From: Candidatus Latescibacterota bacterium
GTDB lineage: Bacteria; Latescibacterota; UBA2968
Reading direction: 5' to 3'
Assembly (NCBI GenBank): GCA_965208125.1
Contig: OZ242320.1
Span: 352,001 to 416,000 of the forward strand
Length of the DNA: 64,000 nucleotides
The translations under genes and the position numbers were made by a program. Below the pieces are notes generated by a model, which worked only from the letters and a program-made list of their open reading frames with translations, did no database searches and had not been told where the DNA came from. Below are positions 32,016-41,943 of the stretch, one piece after another (the first letter of the stretch is position 1; each line of letters begins with the position of its first letter).

Positions 32016-32804
32016 TTACTCACCCCTCCACACCGTCGGAAAGTGTTCCCCCCGCAAAATTTCGCCATCTTCCACGGTCACAAATTCTTTCATCACGTGA
32101 TTGCCGCTCGCATCGTAATACGTATCCTGCGTCATATAGTGAATCGCAATCGCACGACGGGGTCGCTTGCTGCGATTATCGTGCGAACCGTGCCAGGTCA
32201 GTGCGTGGTGATAATGCACCTCGCCCTTTTTTACCGGTCGGCGCACCACCGATATGGACTGACCTTCAAACTCTGATGGCATAGCACCAAAGTCCTTTAC
32301 CTCCCTTACAAACGCAATCTGATTGCCCCACTTGTGCGAACCCGGCACCATACTCATACACCCATTCTCTACATCCACATCGTCCAACGCCACCCACGCG
32401 CTCACCTCTGTCATCGGCCGAATAATCGGCCACAGCGGCGCGTCCTGATGCCATCCGGTCGTCCCCCCAATTTCAGCGGGCTTGTACTGAATCTGATCGT
32501 GCCAGATACGCAACTCCGTCGCCCCGGTCAACTGCGCCATTTCCTCCACAATCTTCTCTGAATACATCAAATTCTTAAACGACTCACTCGCTTCCCAAAT
32601 ATTCACAATCTGCCAGACCGGCGCCGAATCATTACCGCCCAAATTGCGCAACAAAACCGGCTGCGACACATCATCGCGGTCTTTATTCTCAATCACCCGG
32701 TACAATTCCTCGCGCAACACCTCGACCTGCGCGTCGTCCAGCACCGGACCCCCATTCAAAAACCCATTCTCGTGAAACTCCGCCACTTGCTCTTCTGTCA
32801 GCAT
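32016..32804 (-). CDS. PhyH family dioxygenase
   Basis: WHQD, WVALDD...ENGCM.MVPGSH, HGS..N.S.RPRRA. Confidence 0.92.
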   Translation of the reverse strand: MLTEEQVAEFHENGFLNGGPVLDDAQVEVLREELYRVIENKDRDDVSQPVLLRNLGGNDSAPVWQIVNIWEASESFKNLMYSEKIVEEMAQLTGATELRIWHDQIQYKPAEIGGTTGWHQDAPLWPIIRPMTEVSAWVALDDVDVENGCMSMVPGSHKWGNQIAFVREVKDFGAMPSEFEGQSISVVRRPVKKGEVHYHHALTWHGSHDNRSKRPRRAIAIHYMTQDTYYDASGNHVMKEFVTVEDGEILRGEHFPTVWRGE

Positions 32805-32856
32805 AGATTAGTCTCCTGAAAAAACATCCTTCACACTACGCCCCGCCGGTGGGTGC

Positions 32857-32882
32857 GGGCGACCACAGGGGGTCGCCCCTAC
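32857..32882 (-). repeat. GTAG-type REP palindrome
   Basis: Minus strand GTAGGGGCGACCCCCTGTGGTCGCCC with GGGCGACC/GGTCGCCC stem. Confidence 0.75.
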
Positions 32883-32904
32883 ATTTCATACTTCATACTT
32901 CACA
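32883..32904. repeat. Heptamer repeat (minus strand TGAAGTA x2 + TGAAATG) starting at a stop codon
   Basis: ATTTCAT ACTTCAT ACTTCAC on the top strand. Confidence 0.65.
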
Positions 32905-34132
32905 CTAAATTCCCCTCCGCCCGGCTATTCCTTCCCACAACAGCAACAGCCGCCTCCATCCCCACACACAAATTGCTACCGATCAAATTATAGTCGCTCT
33001 CACCACTCTCCTCAATACCCTTCAACTGCGTCGGCTTTTCCTGATCATCCGCACACCGATTGCCCTGCACAATCGAATGTGTCAAATCCTGCACGCGGAT
33101 ACCGGGATATTTTCCCTTCTCCGCCCGGGAATTGCTCAGCAACAAATTCCCCGTAATCACCTGCTCATCCCCTCTATTGGCATCTATCCCGCACATCCCA
33201 TTGTACGAACACACATTATTACTCACAATATTGTGGTGATCCCCGCCATTTGCCACACCGCCAATCCCGTGTTGTCCATTTTCGGAAAACACGCTATCGC
33301 TACACACCGAATGATGTACCCGCGCGCAAAAATAATACCCATCGCCCCCATTTCCCTTCCCGATATTGTGCGACCACACACTGCGCGCCAAACCCGTTCC
33401 GGGATGAAATCCATGCCCGCGACACTCGTGAGCCTGACAATGCGCCACCTGGGCATCGCAACCGCGCTGAATCCCAAACCCATCGCTGGGCCATCCAAAC
33501 ACCGAACAATTCAGAACGCGCACGCGCTCACACCCCACAATATGCATTGCCGAATACGTAAAATCCCACCAATCACCCTCGTAATCCTCGGGTCCCTTAA
33601 TCGTCAAATCCCGTATCTCAACATCCGTCTCACCTTCTGACCATATACAGGGAAACAGATTCACCACCCGGGCATTGTCATTCGCCAACAACCGCCGATT
33701 AAACGGCACACTCATCCACACGCGATTGCCCACAACCCGCTCAACCTCCCCGTGCGTACCCCACCATCCCCTGTGCTTATCGTCGCAAACCCCAATCCCC
33801 TCACCCACGCGAAAAGGCGGACTGGTCTTACAGGTCAACACCCGACCACCTTTGCGAATATCCTTTGACAGATAAGCCACCTGCAAAGGCCGAATCTTCA
33901 ACACCGTCGCCGGCCCATCGCCGACCAGACTCACCCGACTGGGTACGTACAGCGTCTTGCGCAAAAGATACGTACCCGAAGGGACACGCACCCTACCCCC
34001 GCTCTCTGGCAAAGATGCAACCGCATCCTCCAGACCACATGTCATCGACTCCCGATCAAAAAAATCCGCTGCATTCACCTCATCTCGCGGCGCATCGGGC
34101 AATGGAATTTCTCTCACTGGCATAGCAGGCAT
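32900..34132 (-). CDS. Right-handed parallel beta-helix (pectate lyase superfamily) protein
   Basis: GGRVRVPSGTY N-cap and repeated Asn/Gly/Cys ladder (NxxxxNgxxGI); no signal peptide. Confidence 0.8.
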   Translation of the reverse strand: MPAMPVREIPLPDAPRDEVNAADFFDRESMTCGLEDAVASLPESGGRVRVPSGTYLLRKTLYVPSRVSLVGDGPATVLKIRPLQVAYLSKDIRKGGRVLTCKTSPPFRVGEGIGVCDDKHRGWWGTHGEVERVVGNRVWMSVPFNRRLLANDNARVVNLFPCIWSEGETDVEIRDLTIKGPEDYEGDWWDFTYSAMHIVGCERVRVLNCSVFGWPSDGFGIQRGCDAQVAHCQAHECRGHGFHPGTGLARSVWSHNIGKGNGGDGYYFCARVHHSVCSDSVFSENGQHGIGGVANGGDHHNIVSNNVCSYNGMCGIDANRGDEQVITGNLLLSNSRAEKGKYPGIRVQDLTHSIVQGNRCADDQEKPTQLKGIEESGESDYNLIGSNLCVGMEAAVAVVGRNSRAEGNLV

Positions 34133-34153
34133 GACATCCTCCTCCTGATTCTT

Positions 34154-34873
34154 TCAAGCACTCTCCAAAAACACCGTCACCCCCATATCGGCGTATTTCT
34201 CGCGCGTATCCGGCGTGCGGTTGCGATGACAGACCGCCACGCCAGTCCCTTCCAAAGACCTGCACAAATACGCGATCGTATCATCTACAGACTTCAACCA
34301 GTGTTGCGGATGTGCCTTAATGCTCATAGACAAATCCGTCGGACCCATCGACAAACAATCCACACCCGCCTTCGCGAGCAAATGCCCGCGCGTTGCGGCC
34401 TCTACCGACTCAATTTGCAACCACAAAACCCCAAAACTATTCCACCAATCGGCGTACTCCTCCGTGGTTTTATCTTCCGTGCCTCGCCGATGTCCCCCGC
34501 CAAAACTGCGCCCTCCGGCCGGCGGATAATAAAAATAGTGCAACGCATCATCAACCGTCTCTTCCAACTCAGTCTGCGGAATCTCGATCCCACACGGTCC
34601 CAAATCGAGATAATTGCCAATCAAATAGGCATTGCGCGTGTGTTTAATCCGAAACTGCACGAACACATCGCGCTCGGCAGCCATATCGCAAAACGCCGCA
34701 ATGCGCTCTTCGCTCAATGGCGTATGCTGGCTGTCAATAGACACGAAATCGTAATCATCTCCATCCATAATCTGATCGAATCGATCCGGCGGTGTATTCG
34801 GTGCCATAGACACGCCAATAATGTGTTCACCATTGCGGTATTTCTGCTTGAGTCCAATTGCGTTTTCAAACAT
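34154..34873 (-). CDS. HpcH/HpaI aldolase family protein
   Basis: IDSQH, LDLGPCGIEIP, YPPAGGRSFGG, LQIES, MGPTDLS. Confidence 0.82.
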   Translation of the reverse strand: MFENAIGLKQKYRNGEHIIGVSMAPNTPPDRFDQIMDGDDYDFVSIDSQHTPLSEERIAAFCDMAAERDVFVQFRIKHTRNAYLIGNYLDLGPCGIEIPQTELEETVDDALHYFYYPPAGGRSFGGGHRRGTEDKTTEEYADWWNSFGVLWLQIESVEAATRGHLLAKAGVDCLSMGPTDLSMSIKAHPQHWLKSVDDTIAYLCRSLEGTGVAVCHRNRTPDTREKYADMGVTVFLESA

Positions 34874-34884
34874 GAACGTCTCCT

Positions 34885-36138
34885 TTAACTGTGATTGCTC
34901 TTCTCCCATTCTCGAAGTTTATCTGCATTTTCGCGCACCTTGACAAATGCGCGCGACATATCCCGCATCCGCGTTTCAGAAGTCAGCAAAGCCCTCTGGC
35001 TTATCGACAGCCGCTCCTTGCAATACTGCTCGACCTTTGGCAGGTGCAACGAGCGATAATCCTGCGCCGTATCTGTCCACGCAAAAGGCGTATAATCACG
35101 CGCTTTCCAATCCTCTTGAAAAACCGGATGTTTGTAAACCGGCGTCTCGTATCCCGTACTCACTGGCACCCCTTCAGCGCGTATTGCCCTGACAAATGCA
35201 TCGCGAGAAACGCCTTCAAACGCTTCGGATAAATACCGCGCACCATACACATGCCAGTTGACCCGGGTTGCATCTTCCAACCGGTGAATCGGCTCAATAC
35301 CCTCAACCTCCGACAACGTACGCGTCAACATCGCCCCATTTTGTTCGCGGATCTCCGTATGCTCGGGAATGCGCTTCAACTGGCACAACAAAACCGCAGC
35401 GACAAACTCCGTCATCCGGTGGTTGCCACCCCATTGTCGAGATTCCTCCGTACGACCATACCGCGACCGCCCGACATTGACCGCACAGCCAATCGCATCG
35501 GCAATTGCCTCGTCATTGGTCAGGGCAATGCCCCCATCTCCACCCGTCATATTTTTGCTCTGCTGAAAAGAAAACCCCGAAGCCAGTCCCCAACTCCCCA
35601 GCCCGCGATCTCGATAAGTCGATCCCCACCCGTGCGCCGCATCTTCTAAAATCGCGAGATTATGACGCTCGGCAATATCCAATAACCGCTGGAGATCACA
35701 CGCCAACCCACCAAAATGCACCGGCATAATCCCCTTCGTTCGATCTGTAATAAGGCTCTCGACCTCCGCCACATCGAGATTATTGGTATCCGGGTCTATA
35801 TCGCAAAAAACAACCGTAGCACCTGCTTTTAGAATCCCCGAACACGTACCGATAAATGTATAGGCACTCGTAATCACTTCATCGCCTACGCCAATACCCG
35901 CACCGCGACAAATCATCTCCAGAGCCACAGTGCCGCCCGTACACGCGACCCCGTATTTCGCATCTTGAAATGCCGCAAATGTCTCTTCAAACTCCTGGCA
36001 CTTCGAGGAATTATACCACGCCCGACTCTCCAGCACCTCAATAAGCGCATCTCTTTCGGCCACATCGTACATCGGCCATAAAATATCATCCTTTTCTTTT
36101 ACCTCACGCTCGCCACCCAACAGCGCTAACTCTGCCAT
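34885..36138 (-). CDS. DegT/DnrJ/EryC1/StrS family aminotransferase
   Basis: GVGDEVIT, PVHFGG, EDAAH, FSFQQSKNMTGGDGG. Confidence 0.92.
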   Translation of the reverse strand: MAELALLGGEREVKEKDDILWPMYDVAERDALIEVLESRAWYNSSKCQEFEETFAAFQDAKYGVACTGGTVALEMICRGAGIGVGDEVITSAYTFIGTCSGILKAGATVVFCDIDPDTNNLDVAEVESLITDRTKGIMPVHFGGLACDLQRLLDIAERHNLAILEDAAHGWGSTYRDRGLGSWGLASGFSFQQSKNMTGGDGGIALTNDEAIADAIGCAVNVGRSRYGRTEESRQWGGNHRMTEFVAAVLLCQLKRIPEHTEIREQNGAMLTRTLSEVEGIEPIHRLEDATRVNWHVYGARYLSEAFEGVSRDAFVRAIRAEGVPVSTGYETPVYKHPVFQEDWKARDYTPFAWTDTAQDYRSLHLPKVEQYCKERLSISQRALLTSETRMRDMSRAFVKVRENADKLREWEKSNHS

Positions 36139-36152
36139 ATTTCCCTCCTTGA

Positions 36153-36641
36153 TCAATCCCTCTGCAAACATTCGACCAGCAGGTCCAATGCTTCGCGGGC
36201 GAACACTTCCATATTCTCTCCCCGATTCTCGCTACCCGTTGCGATAGCAATCGCCCGCTCGGTATCTGGCCCCACAACGCCGATACACGTATGGCCGGGC
36301 GGATCGCCGTACCGATTTCCCGTCGGACCAGCCGCGCCTGTCTCGCCGATACCCCAGTCAGCCCCCAAACGTTCGCGCGCAGCGCGAGCCAGATGCAGGG
36401 CATGCGTCTTTGTCGCAGCCCTCGCCTCGCCCATTGCCGCATCGGAAACAGCCATCAATATTTGCTTTGAGTCACCCGTATAACACACCCCACCTCCCCT
36501 GAAATAAGCCGAAGCCCCCGGCACAGCCAAAAGTGCAGCAGAAATGATACCACCCGCCGACGACTCGGCCACCGCCACAGTCTGCCCCTTTTCTTTTAGC
36601 AATGCACCAACATCTGTGGCCATTGTCTTAAAATCCGCCAT
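36153..36641 (-). CDS. pncC: CinA C-terminal domain protein (NMN deamidase-like)
   Basis: AVAESSAGG, PGASAYF, ETGAAGP. Confidence 0.8.
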   Translation of the reverse strand: MADFKTMATDVGALLKEKGQTVAVAESSAGGIISAALLAVPGASAYFRGGGVCYTGDSKQILMAVSDAAMGEARAATKTHALHLARAARERLGADWGIGETGAAGPTGNRYGDPPGHTCIGVVGPDTERAIAIATGSENRGENMEVFAREALDLLVECLQRD

Positions 36642-36666
36642 ATTAGACCTCTAAATTGTTTGGTAT

Positions 36667-38439
36667 TTATTCGTCTTCTTTTGATCTTCTATCCCCTACC
36701 GGAGCCTCAACGCGAACCGTTACAATATCCGCATCGTGATATTGCTGGTGGCGCACAGACGACGTGAAATGCTGAAGCAAACGCAGCGAGATTTCATGCT
36801 CGACCGGCATCTCGTCTGTATGTTCTCTGAGATAGGCCATGCGATCCTCAATATTTTCCTCACCAGTCGAAGCGATAAACTCGAGTTCCGCGCCATTGCT
36901 TCCATCGCTGCGCACAATTAGAAGCAGGCGTTTTCCCGCTTGTTCGCCCTCCCCTTGCTGAATGAGAATCAGAAGGGTTTCCTCCGCAGATAGACATAAA
37001 CGATTCGTCATCTCGGCATCCCACCCCCTGCGCGAGGCAAACTTTTCGAGGAAGGCCGTGATTTCTGGCAAAGCCTCGACAGTGAGCGCCGTCTCAATGC
37101 GCTGCCGGCGCGGTGCTGTCAACTCCATAAACAGCGTCAGAAAAATCGCCGTGAGACCGCCAGCTGTCATCCCATTGCCGAGTAGCGCCCCCCACCACTC
37201 TCCGAGATATTCCGCAAAAATGGCCTGATCCTGAAACCCCACACCAATCCAGAATGCGACGCCCGCGATCATCGCCTTGCGATAATCTACCCCATCCTGG
37301 ACGATAATCCGCATACCCACAACAAAGAGAAGTGCCAGCAGCACCGTCACATAGGCTCCGACCACGGGATTGGGGATTGCCAGCAGTAGTGCCGATACCT
37401 TGGGAATAAAGGACGCCACCACAAATACGATGCCAATACACACGCCGACGCCGCGCGCGGCAACGCCGGTGAGTTCTGTGATTGAAACACTTGACGAGTA
37501 GGTCGTGTTTGGAACTGTCCCCGCAATACCAGAAAGCAAGTTGCCCACGCCATCTGCGGTAACTGCGCCCTGCACCGCTCGAAAATCGGGCGCGCGAGGC
37601 GTACGCCACGAAACCTTCTGGATCGCGATAGAATCCCCTATTGTTTCGATAGCACCGACCAGGGTCACAAATATAAAGGCGGGAAGAAGCGACCAGAAAA
37701 CAGGACCAAAGCTGAGGTCAAAACCCGGCCAGCCACCACCTGCGGGAAAACCAATCCATGGAGCATCGATAACGCGCTGGATGTCGTACAGCCCAAAAAA
37801 CGAAGCGACAATACACCCCACGACAATCCCTATAATCGGCACCCAAAGACGCCACATACCCGAAACCCGCAGCGCGAGCACGACCACGACGAACAGGGTT
37901 ACAATAGTACATGTGGGCGCGGCAGCCGAGGGCGTTCCTTCGGGCACATCCGCCAACATATCAAATACGATCGGCATAACGGTCACCGCGATCAACATGA
38001 TCACCGTTCCCGCCACGGTTGGCGTAATGATTCGCCGCAGTAACGAGAGCCGCGTCGAGAGCGCGAATTGGAACAACGACGAAATGATGACCAGGGTTGC
38101 GAGCATCGCCGGACCGCCCTGGGCAAGTGCCGTCACGCAAACCGCGATAAAAGCACCAGAAGTGCCCATAAGAAGGATGTAGCCTGCACCAATGCGTCCA
38201 ACGCGCACAGCCTGCATCACTGTGGTCAACCCACTGACCAAAAGCGCGGCAAAAACCGCCCACGACAAATAAGGCTCGCCCCCGCCCGCGGCCCTCACCA
38301 CGATGACAGGCGTAATTACAATGCCCGCAATACAGAGCATGGCAGCCTGAAACCCGAGTGCGAAAGTAATGGTATTGGGGGGCCGCTCATTGGGTTCGTA
38401 AAGCACACTCTGGTCGCGGCGGTCAGTCTCAGATTGCAT
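36667..38439 (-). CDS. NCS2 (xanthine/uracil) permease with C-terminal HATPase-like extension
   Basis: ETIGD, ADGVGN, PNTTYS NCS2 motifs; ~140-aa soluble C-terminal domain. Confidence 0.85.
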   Translation of the reverse strand: MQSETDRRDQSVLYEPNERPPNTITFALGFQAAMLCIAGIVITPVIVVRAAGGGEPYLSWAVFAALLVSGLTTVMQAVRVGRIGAGYILLMGTSGAFIAVCVTALAQGGPAMLATLVIISSLFQFALSTRLSLLRRIITPTVAGTVIMLIAVTVMPIVFDMLADVPEGTPSAAAPTCTIVTLFVVVVLALRVSGMWRLWVPIIGIVVGCIVASFFGLYDIQRVIDAPWIGFPAGGGWPGFDLSFGPVFWSLLPAFIFVTLVGAIETIGDSIAIQKVSWRTPRAPDFRAVQGAVTADGVGNLLSGIAGTVPNTTYSSSVSITELTGVAARGVGVCIGIVFVVASFIPKVSALLLAIPNPVVGAYVTVLLALLFVVGMRIIVQDGVDYRKAMIAGVAFWIGVGFQDQAIFAEYLGEWWGALLGNGMTAGGLTAIFLTLFMELTAPRRQRIETALTVEALPEITAFLEKFASRRGWDAEMTNRLCLSAEETLLILIQQGEGEQAGKRLLLIVRSDGSNGAELEFIASTGEENIEDRMAYLREHTDEMPVEHEISLRLLQHFTSSVRHQQYHDADIVTVRVEAPVGDRRSKEDE

Positions 38440-38455
38440 CGGTCAAATCCTTTCC

Positions 38456-39460
38456 TTAATGTGTTGCCAGCAACTCATCGCCATAAGCAAATAGCGCAGG
38501 TGTCCCACCCGTATGCACAAACACAACCGTTTGATCTCTGCGATACCATCCCTCGCGGATATGCTCAATCATTGCACCATAAGTTTTGCCCGCATAAACG
38601 GGATCGAGCAACAACCCTTCGGTTTGCGCGGCCAATAATACGGCTTCGTGCGCTCCGGGCGTCAATACGCCATAAGCTGGCCCCGCGTATTTGCCATAAC
38701 TCTCAAATTCATCTGCCGTAAAATTCAGATCCAAATTCAAAATTTTGCACACCTCATTCGCAACCTCGGCGAGTTGTACATTCTTTTTTTCATCGTCCTG
38801 TGGACTCGGACTTATGCCAATAATCCGCACATCAACACCCAGTGCTTTTGCACCAACGACAAGTCCGGTATGCGTATGCACGCCCGCACACACATAGATT
38901 GCATCGGGTATCACATCCATTGCCTGCATCTGCTCCCACAATTCCAAAAATCCATCCACATAAGACACGCTGCGATAATAATACCCATCCGAACTCGTGT
39001 TATAGATCCTGTGTCCATCGGCCTTTAATTTTTCAATGACGGCTACCTTCTCCTGCTCGCTCTCAATCAAATGCACCTCTGCGCCAAACAGATGCGTGAG
39101 CAACAAATTGCCATTCACGGGATCTGCATGGTCATCCTTGCGCCCCACCATCACCGCCTTCAGACCCAGTCTGGCCGCAACCGCTGCGGTCAACCGCGAT
39201 TGATTCGACTGCGATGCTGCGCCGTGAAGCAACACATCATACCCCTCATCCACAGCGGGTGCGACGGAATATTCAAACTCGCGCACCTTATTCCCCCCAA
39301 ACGCCAACCCCGTCTGATCCTCGCGCTTAACCAGAATGCGCGGCCCCCCCAACTTTTCTGCCAACCTCGGACAATCCATCAACGGCGTGGGCAAATCGGC
39401 AAGCGACAATCGGCTGCACGTTCCCAACGCCTCTCGAACCTCTCGAATAGAATAGCTCAA
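38456..39460 (-). CDS. D-cysteine desulfhydrase / ACC deaminase family PLP enzyme
   Basis: PTPL, KRED, GGNKVR, QSN, EGLLLDPVY.GK, HTGG. Confidence 0.9.
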   Translation of the reverse strand: MSYSIREVREALGTCSRLSLADLPTPLMDCPRLAEKLGGPRILVKREDQTGLAFGGNKVREFEYSVAPAVDEGYDVLLHGAASQSNQSRLTAAVAARLGLKAVMVGRKDDHADPVNGNLLLTHLFGAEVHLIESEQEKVAVIEKLKADGHRIYNTSSDGYYYRSVSYVDGFLELWEQMQAMDVIPDAIYVCAGVHTHTGLVVGAKALGVDVRIIGISPSPQDDEKKNVQLAEVANEVCKILNLDLNFTADEFESYGKYAGPAYGVLTPGAHEAVLLAAQTEGLLLDPVYAGKTYGAMIEHIREGWYRRDQTVVFVHTGGTPALFAYGDELLATH

Positions 39461-39477
39461 AGGTATTGCTCCTCTTT

Positions 39478-40524
39478 CTAATTATCTATCTCCACCGCCT
39501 GAAGCAGCGCTTTGATAAAACCAAATTGAAAAGCAAATGCCTGCTCGAAATGCCCTTGTGCAGTGTGGCCGGGCGCGTGATCGGGAACAATCATGTGCGG
39601 ATAGCCCACTTCCTTGAGCGCTTTCATCAGCACAAACATATTCATATCGCCCTCATCGGGATAAACTTCCTGAAACTTATTACGCCCACCCGTTATATTG
39701 CGGAAGTGGATGAGGTGAATTTTTTTTCTCTCCCCAAAATAGCGAATAATATCGGCCACTTCATTGCGCGGATCCACAACGCTCTCGGCCATGCAACCGA
39801 GGCAGAGATTGAGACCGTGGTAAGGACTTGGGCAAATATCTATAAAACTCTTGAACCCATCGTATCCACCCAGCACGCGATCAACACCTTTGTAACCCGG
39901 CGGCAACCAGGGATCGCACGGGTGACAGGCCATACGCACTTTGCATTCGGTGGCAACGGGAATAACGCGCTCCAAAAAGAAAGTAATATTTTCCCAGTTC
40001 TGTTCCGCTGTAACCGGTTCATCATACCGCGACGTATCCGCATCGGCCTTAGACAAATCCCACGTGGAATAGCGCACATCCCCTCGCCCGAGCGGAACGC
40101 TTTCCGTACGTTGATTTTCCATTTCGCAAAGAAAATACTTCAGCGCGGGAATACCTGCATCTGCGGCAGTGCGCACCATATCGCAGGCAATCTCGATTTC
40201 TTTTTCACCATCCTTCATATTCCCGCGCATAAATTCGGGCACAAAACTGCCATCGACATTCAGATGTTGCACAGGCAATGCCACCATTTCCACGGTAATG
40301 CCGTGTTTGGCAGCTTTTTCTTTTTTTTCTACAATCTCTTCCACTGTCCAGCCGCGACTGGGGTCTGGCGTAATTTCTCTGGCATCGTTGAGCGCCATAT
40401 TTGTAACACCACACCGCGCGAGAAATTCGAGATGCTCATCCGACGTAGAAAAACGCTGTGTACCAATATGCATGCGCGGATTTTCTGGATCCCATTCTGC
40501 ACCTGCGTACATTTCGGCTGCCAT
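39478..40524 (-). CDS. uxuA: Mannonate dehydratase family protein
   Basis: FLERVIPVA, MACHPCDP, IHFRNI, EVYPDEGD, PDHAP. Confidence 0.8.
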   Translation of the reverse strand: MAAEMYAGAEWDPENPRMHIGTQRFSTSDEHLEFLARCGVTNMALNDAREITPDPSRGWTVEEIVEKKEKAAKHGITVEMVALPVQHLNVDGSFVPEFMRGNMKDGEKEIEIACDMVRTAADAGIPALKYFLCEMENQRTESVPLGRGDVRYSTWDLSKADADTSRYDEPVTAEQNWENITFFLERVIPVATECKVRMACHPCDPWLPPGYKGVDRVLGGYDGFKSFIDICPSPYHGLNLCLGCMAESVVDPRNEVADIIRYFGERKKIHLIHFRNITGGRNKFQEVYPDEGDMNMFVLMKALKEVGYPHMIVPDHAPGHTAQGHFEQAFAFQFGFIKALLQAVEIDN

Positions 40525-40688
40525 GGTAATTCTCCTGTAATTTTTAATGAACTGCTACGCAGTTGACCACAATTCATCATGATAATGCAAGAGTTTCTGG
40601 ATAGCAACATGATTGGGGATTGTGGAGGGTATAAAATTGTGGTATCTTCTCACCTCCTCAAGCCCACCCCTATAAACAGGAACTTGTT

Positions 40689-41927
40689 ATGCAAGTCGAA
40701 ATCAACAAACACGCCTTAGATCGCGTACCGATATCGATCATTTTTGATGACTCTACTGTACTGGTAAATTTGAACTATTTTTTTATGAAAGACCGCCAGG
40801 CTGTAGATGGAACGGATTATCGCTGGGAAGATGTACCCGTGGTACATCCGGAATCGTTCACGCGCGAATTTGCCGAATTCTGTCTGGAACACGACGTGAA
40901 AGGCAAATTCAGCGTGGTACCGTGCCCTGCCGCGATTGGGCGAGTAGATCACGGACTCCCCCTGTTCTCCAAAGCGCAACAAGAAAGCTGGTTGGCGATG
41001 TGTCGGGAACTGATTATGCCCAACTACGACATCACGCCGGAAATGATCACACACACCTTCGTGGTAGATCTGGAAACATTGCAACCTGTTGATCCAAATT
41101 TATGGGAACAATGGGGATGGAACAATTTGCCAACCGACGAAGAAGAGCGGGTAACAAATTATATCGCGCTGGCGTGTGAGATCTTGCACAATGTGGGATT
41201 GACACCTGCAGGCGTCACAAGCCCGGGAGGATTTGGCAATCCAATAGACTTTTATGCAAAATGTGCGGAAAACGCCGTGCGCAGGGTAACGGGCACCCCG
41301 ACACCGTATCTATTTAAGCGCGTATCGTCCAGCGGTCCGGTAGATTGTCCGGTATGGTATCCCAAACCCGAACGCGGCGAAGCAATGGGTGAAGTGATCG
41401 CAGCAACGGGTGATCGCACGGGATCGTGGACTGGATATGGCGAAGTGGATGTAGATTATTACATCACATCGGATCTTCAGGGTGGGCGTTTGCCCGAAGT
41501 CATCGACGCGGGCGACCCTGCCGTGATGATCAGCCATTGGCAGGGATTTTACGGGATTCACAACGAGGACCGCCGCGGGTTTCGGGCATTTCAGACCATT
41601 GTGCGGCGGCTCAAAGAACGCGACCCCAATGGCGAGAAATCGCAATGGCGTAAATGCAGTGAAATTACCAACTATGCCATCGCGCGCGAGATGGCTGATA
41701 TAAAGGTAGAAGAACAAATAATAACACTCAATTTACCCGTACAGGTGCCCGAATTCACATTGCGATTGCGCGAAATAACAGTTGCAGGCGTAAAAATAAA
41801 CGGCAAACCCCTGACACCCGCGCTGACGAAAGCGGCCTTTCGAGATGGCACATATTATCGAGATGGCGATGTAACACTGGTAGCCTTTACGCCCGAAGGC
41901 CGAAATGTCAGAGTTGAAATAGCATAA
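40689..41927 (+). CDS. Conserved hypothetical protein, possible polysaccharide deacetylase-like barrel
   Basis: 412 aa; SIIFDDS, KGKFSVVP, EMITH, GVTSPGGF, SHW pattern. Confidence 0.55.
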   Translation: MQVEINKHALDRVPISIIFDDSTVLVNLNYFFMKDRQAVDGTDYRWEDVPVVHPESFTREFAEFCLEHDVKGKFSVVPCPAAIGRVDHGLPLFSKAQQESWLAMCRELIMPNYDITPEMITHTFVVDLETLQPVDPNLWEQWGWNNLPTDEEERVTNYIALACEILHNVGLTPAGVTSPGGFGNPIDFYAKCAENAVRRVTGTPTPYLFKRVSSSGPVDCPVWYPKPERGEAMGEVIAATGDRTGSWTGYGEVDVDYYITSDLQGGRLPEVIDAGDPAVMISHWQGFYGIHNEDRRGFRAFQTIVRRLKERDPNGEKSQWRKCSEITNYAIAREMADIKVEEQIITLNLPVQVPEFTLRLREITVAGVKINGKPLTPALTKAAFRDGTYYRDGDVTLVAFTPEGRNVRVEIA

Positions 41928-41943
41928 CAGGAAAAACAAAAGA

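Noticed and set aside
39466-40566. 366-aa plus-strand ORF antisense to the uxuA-like gene
   Set aside because: It mirrors a real gene and has no recognisable motifs; this is a codon-bias shadow.
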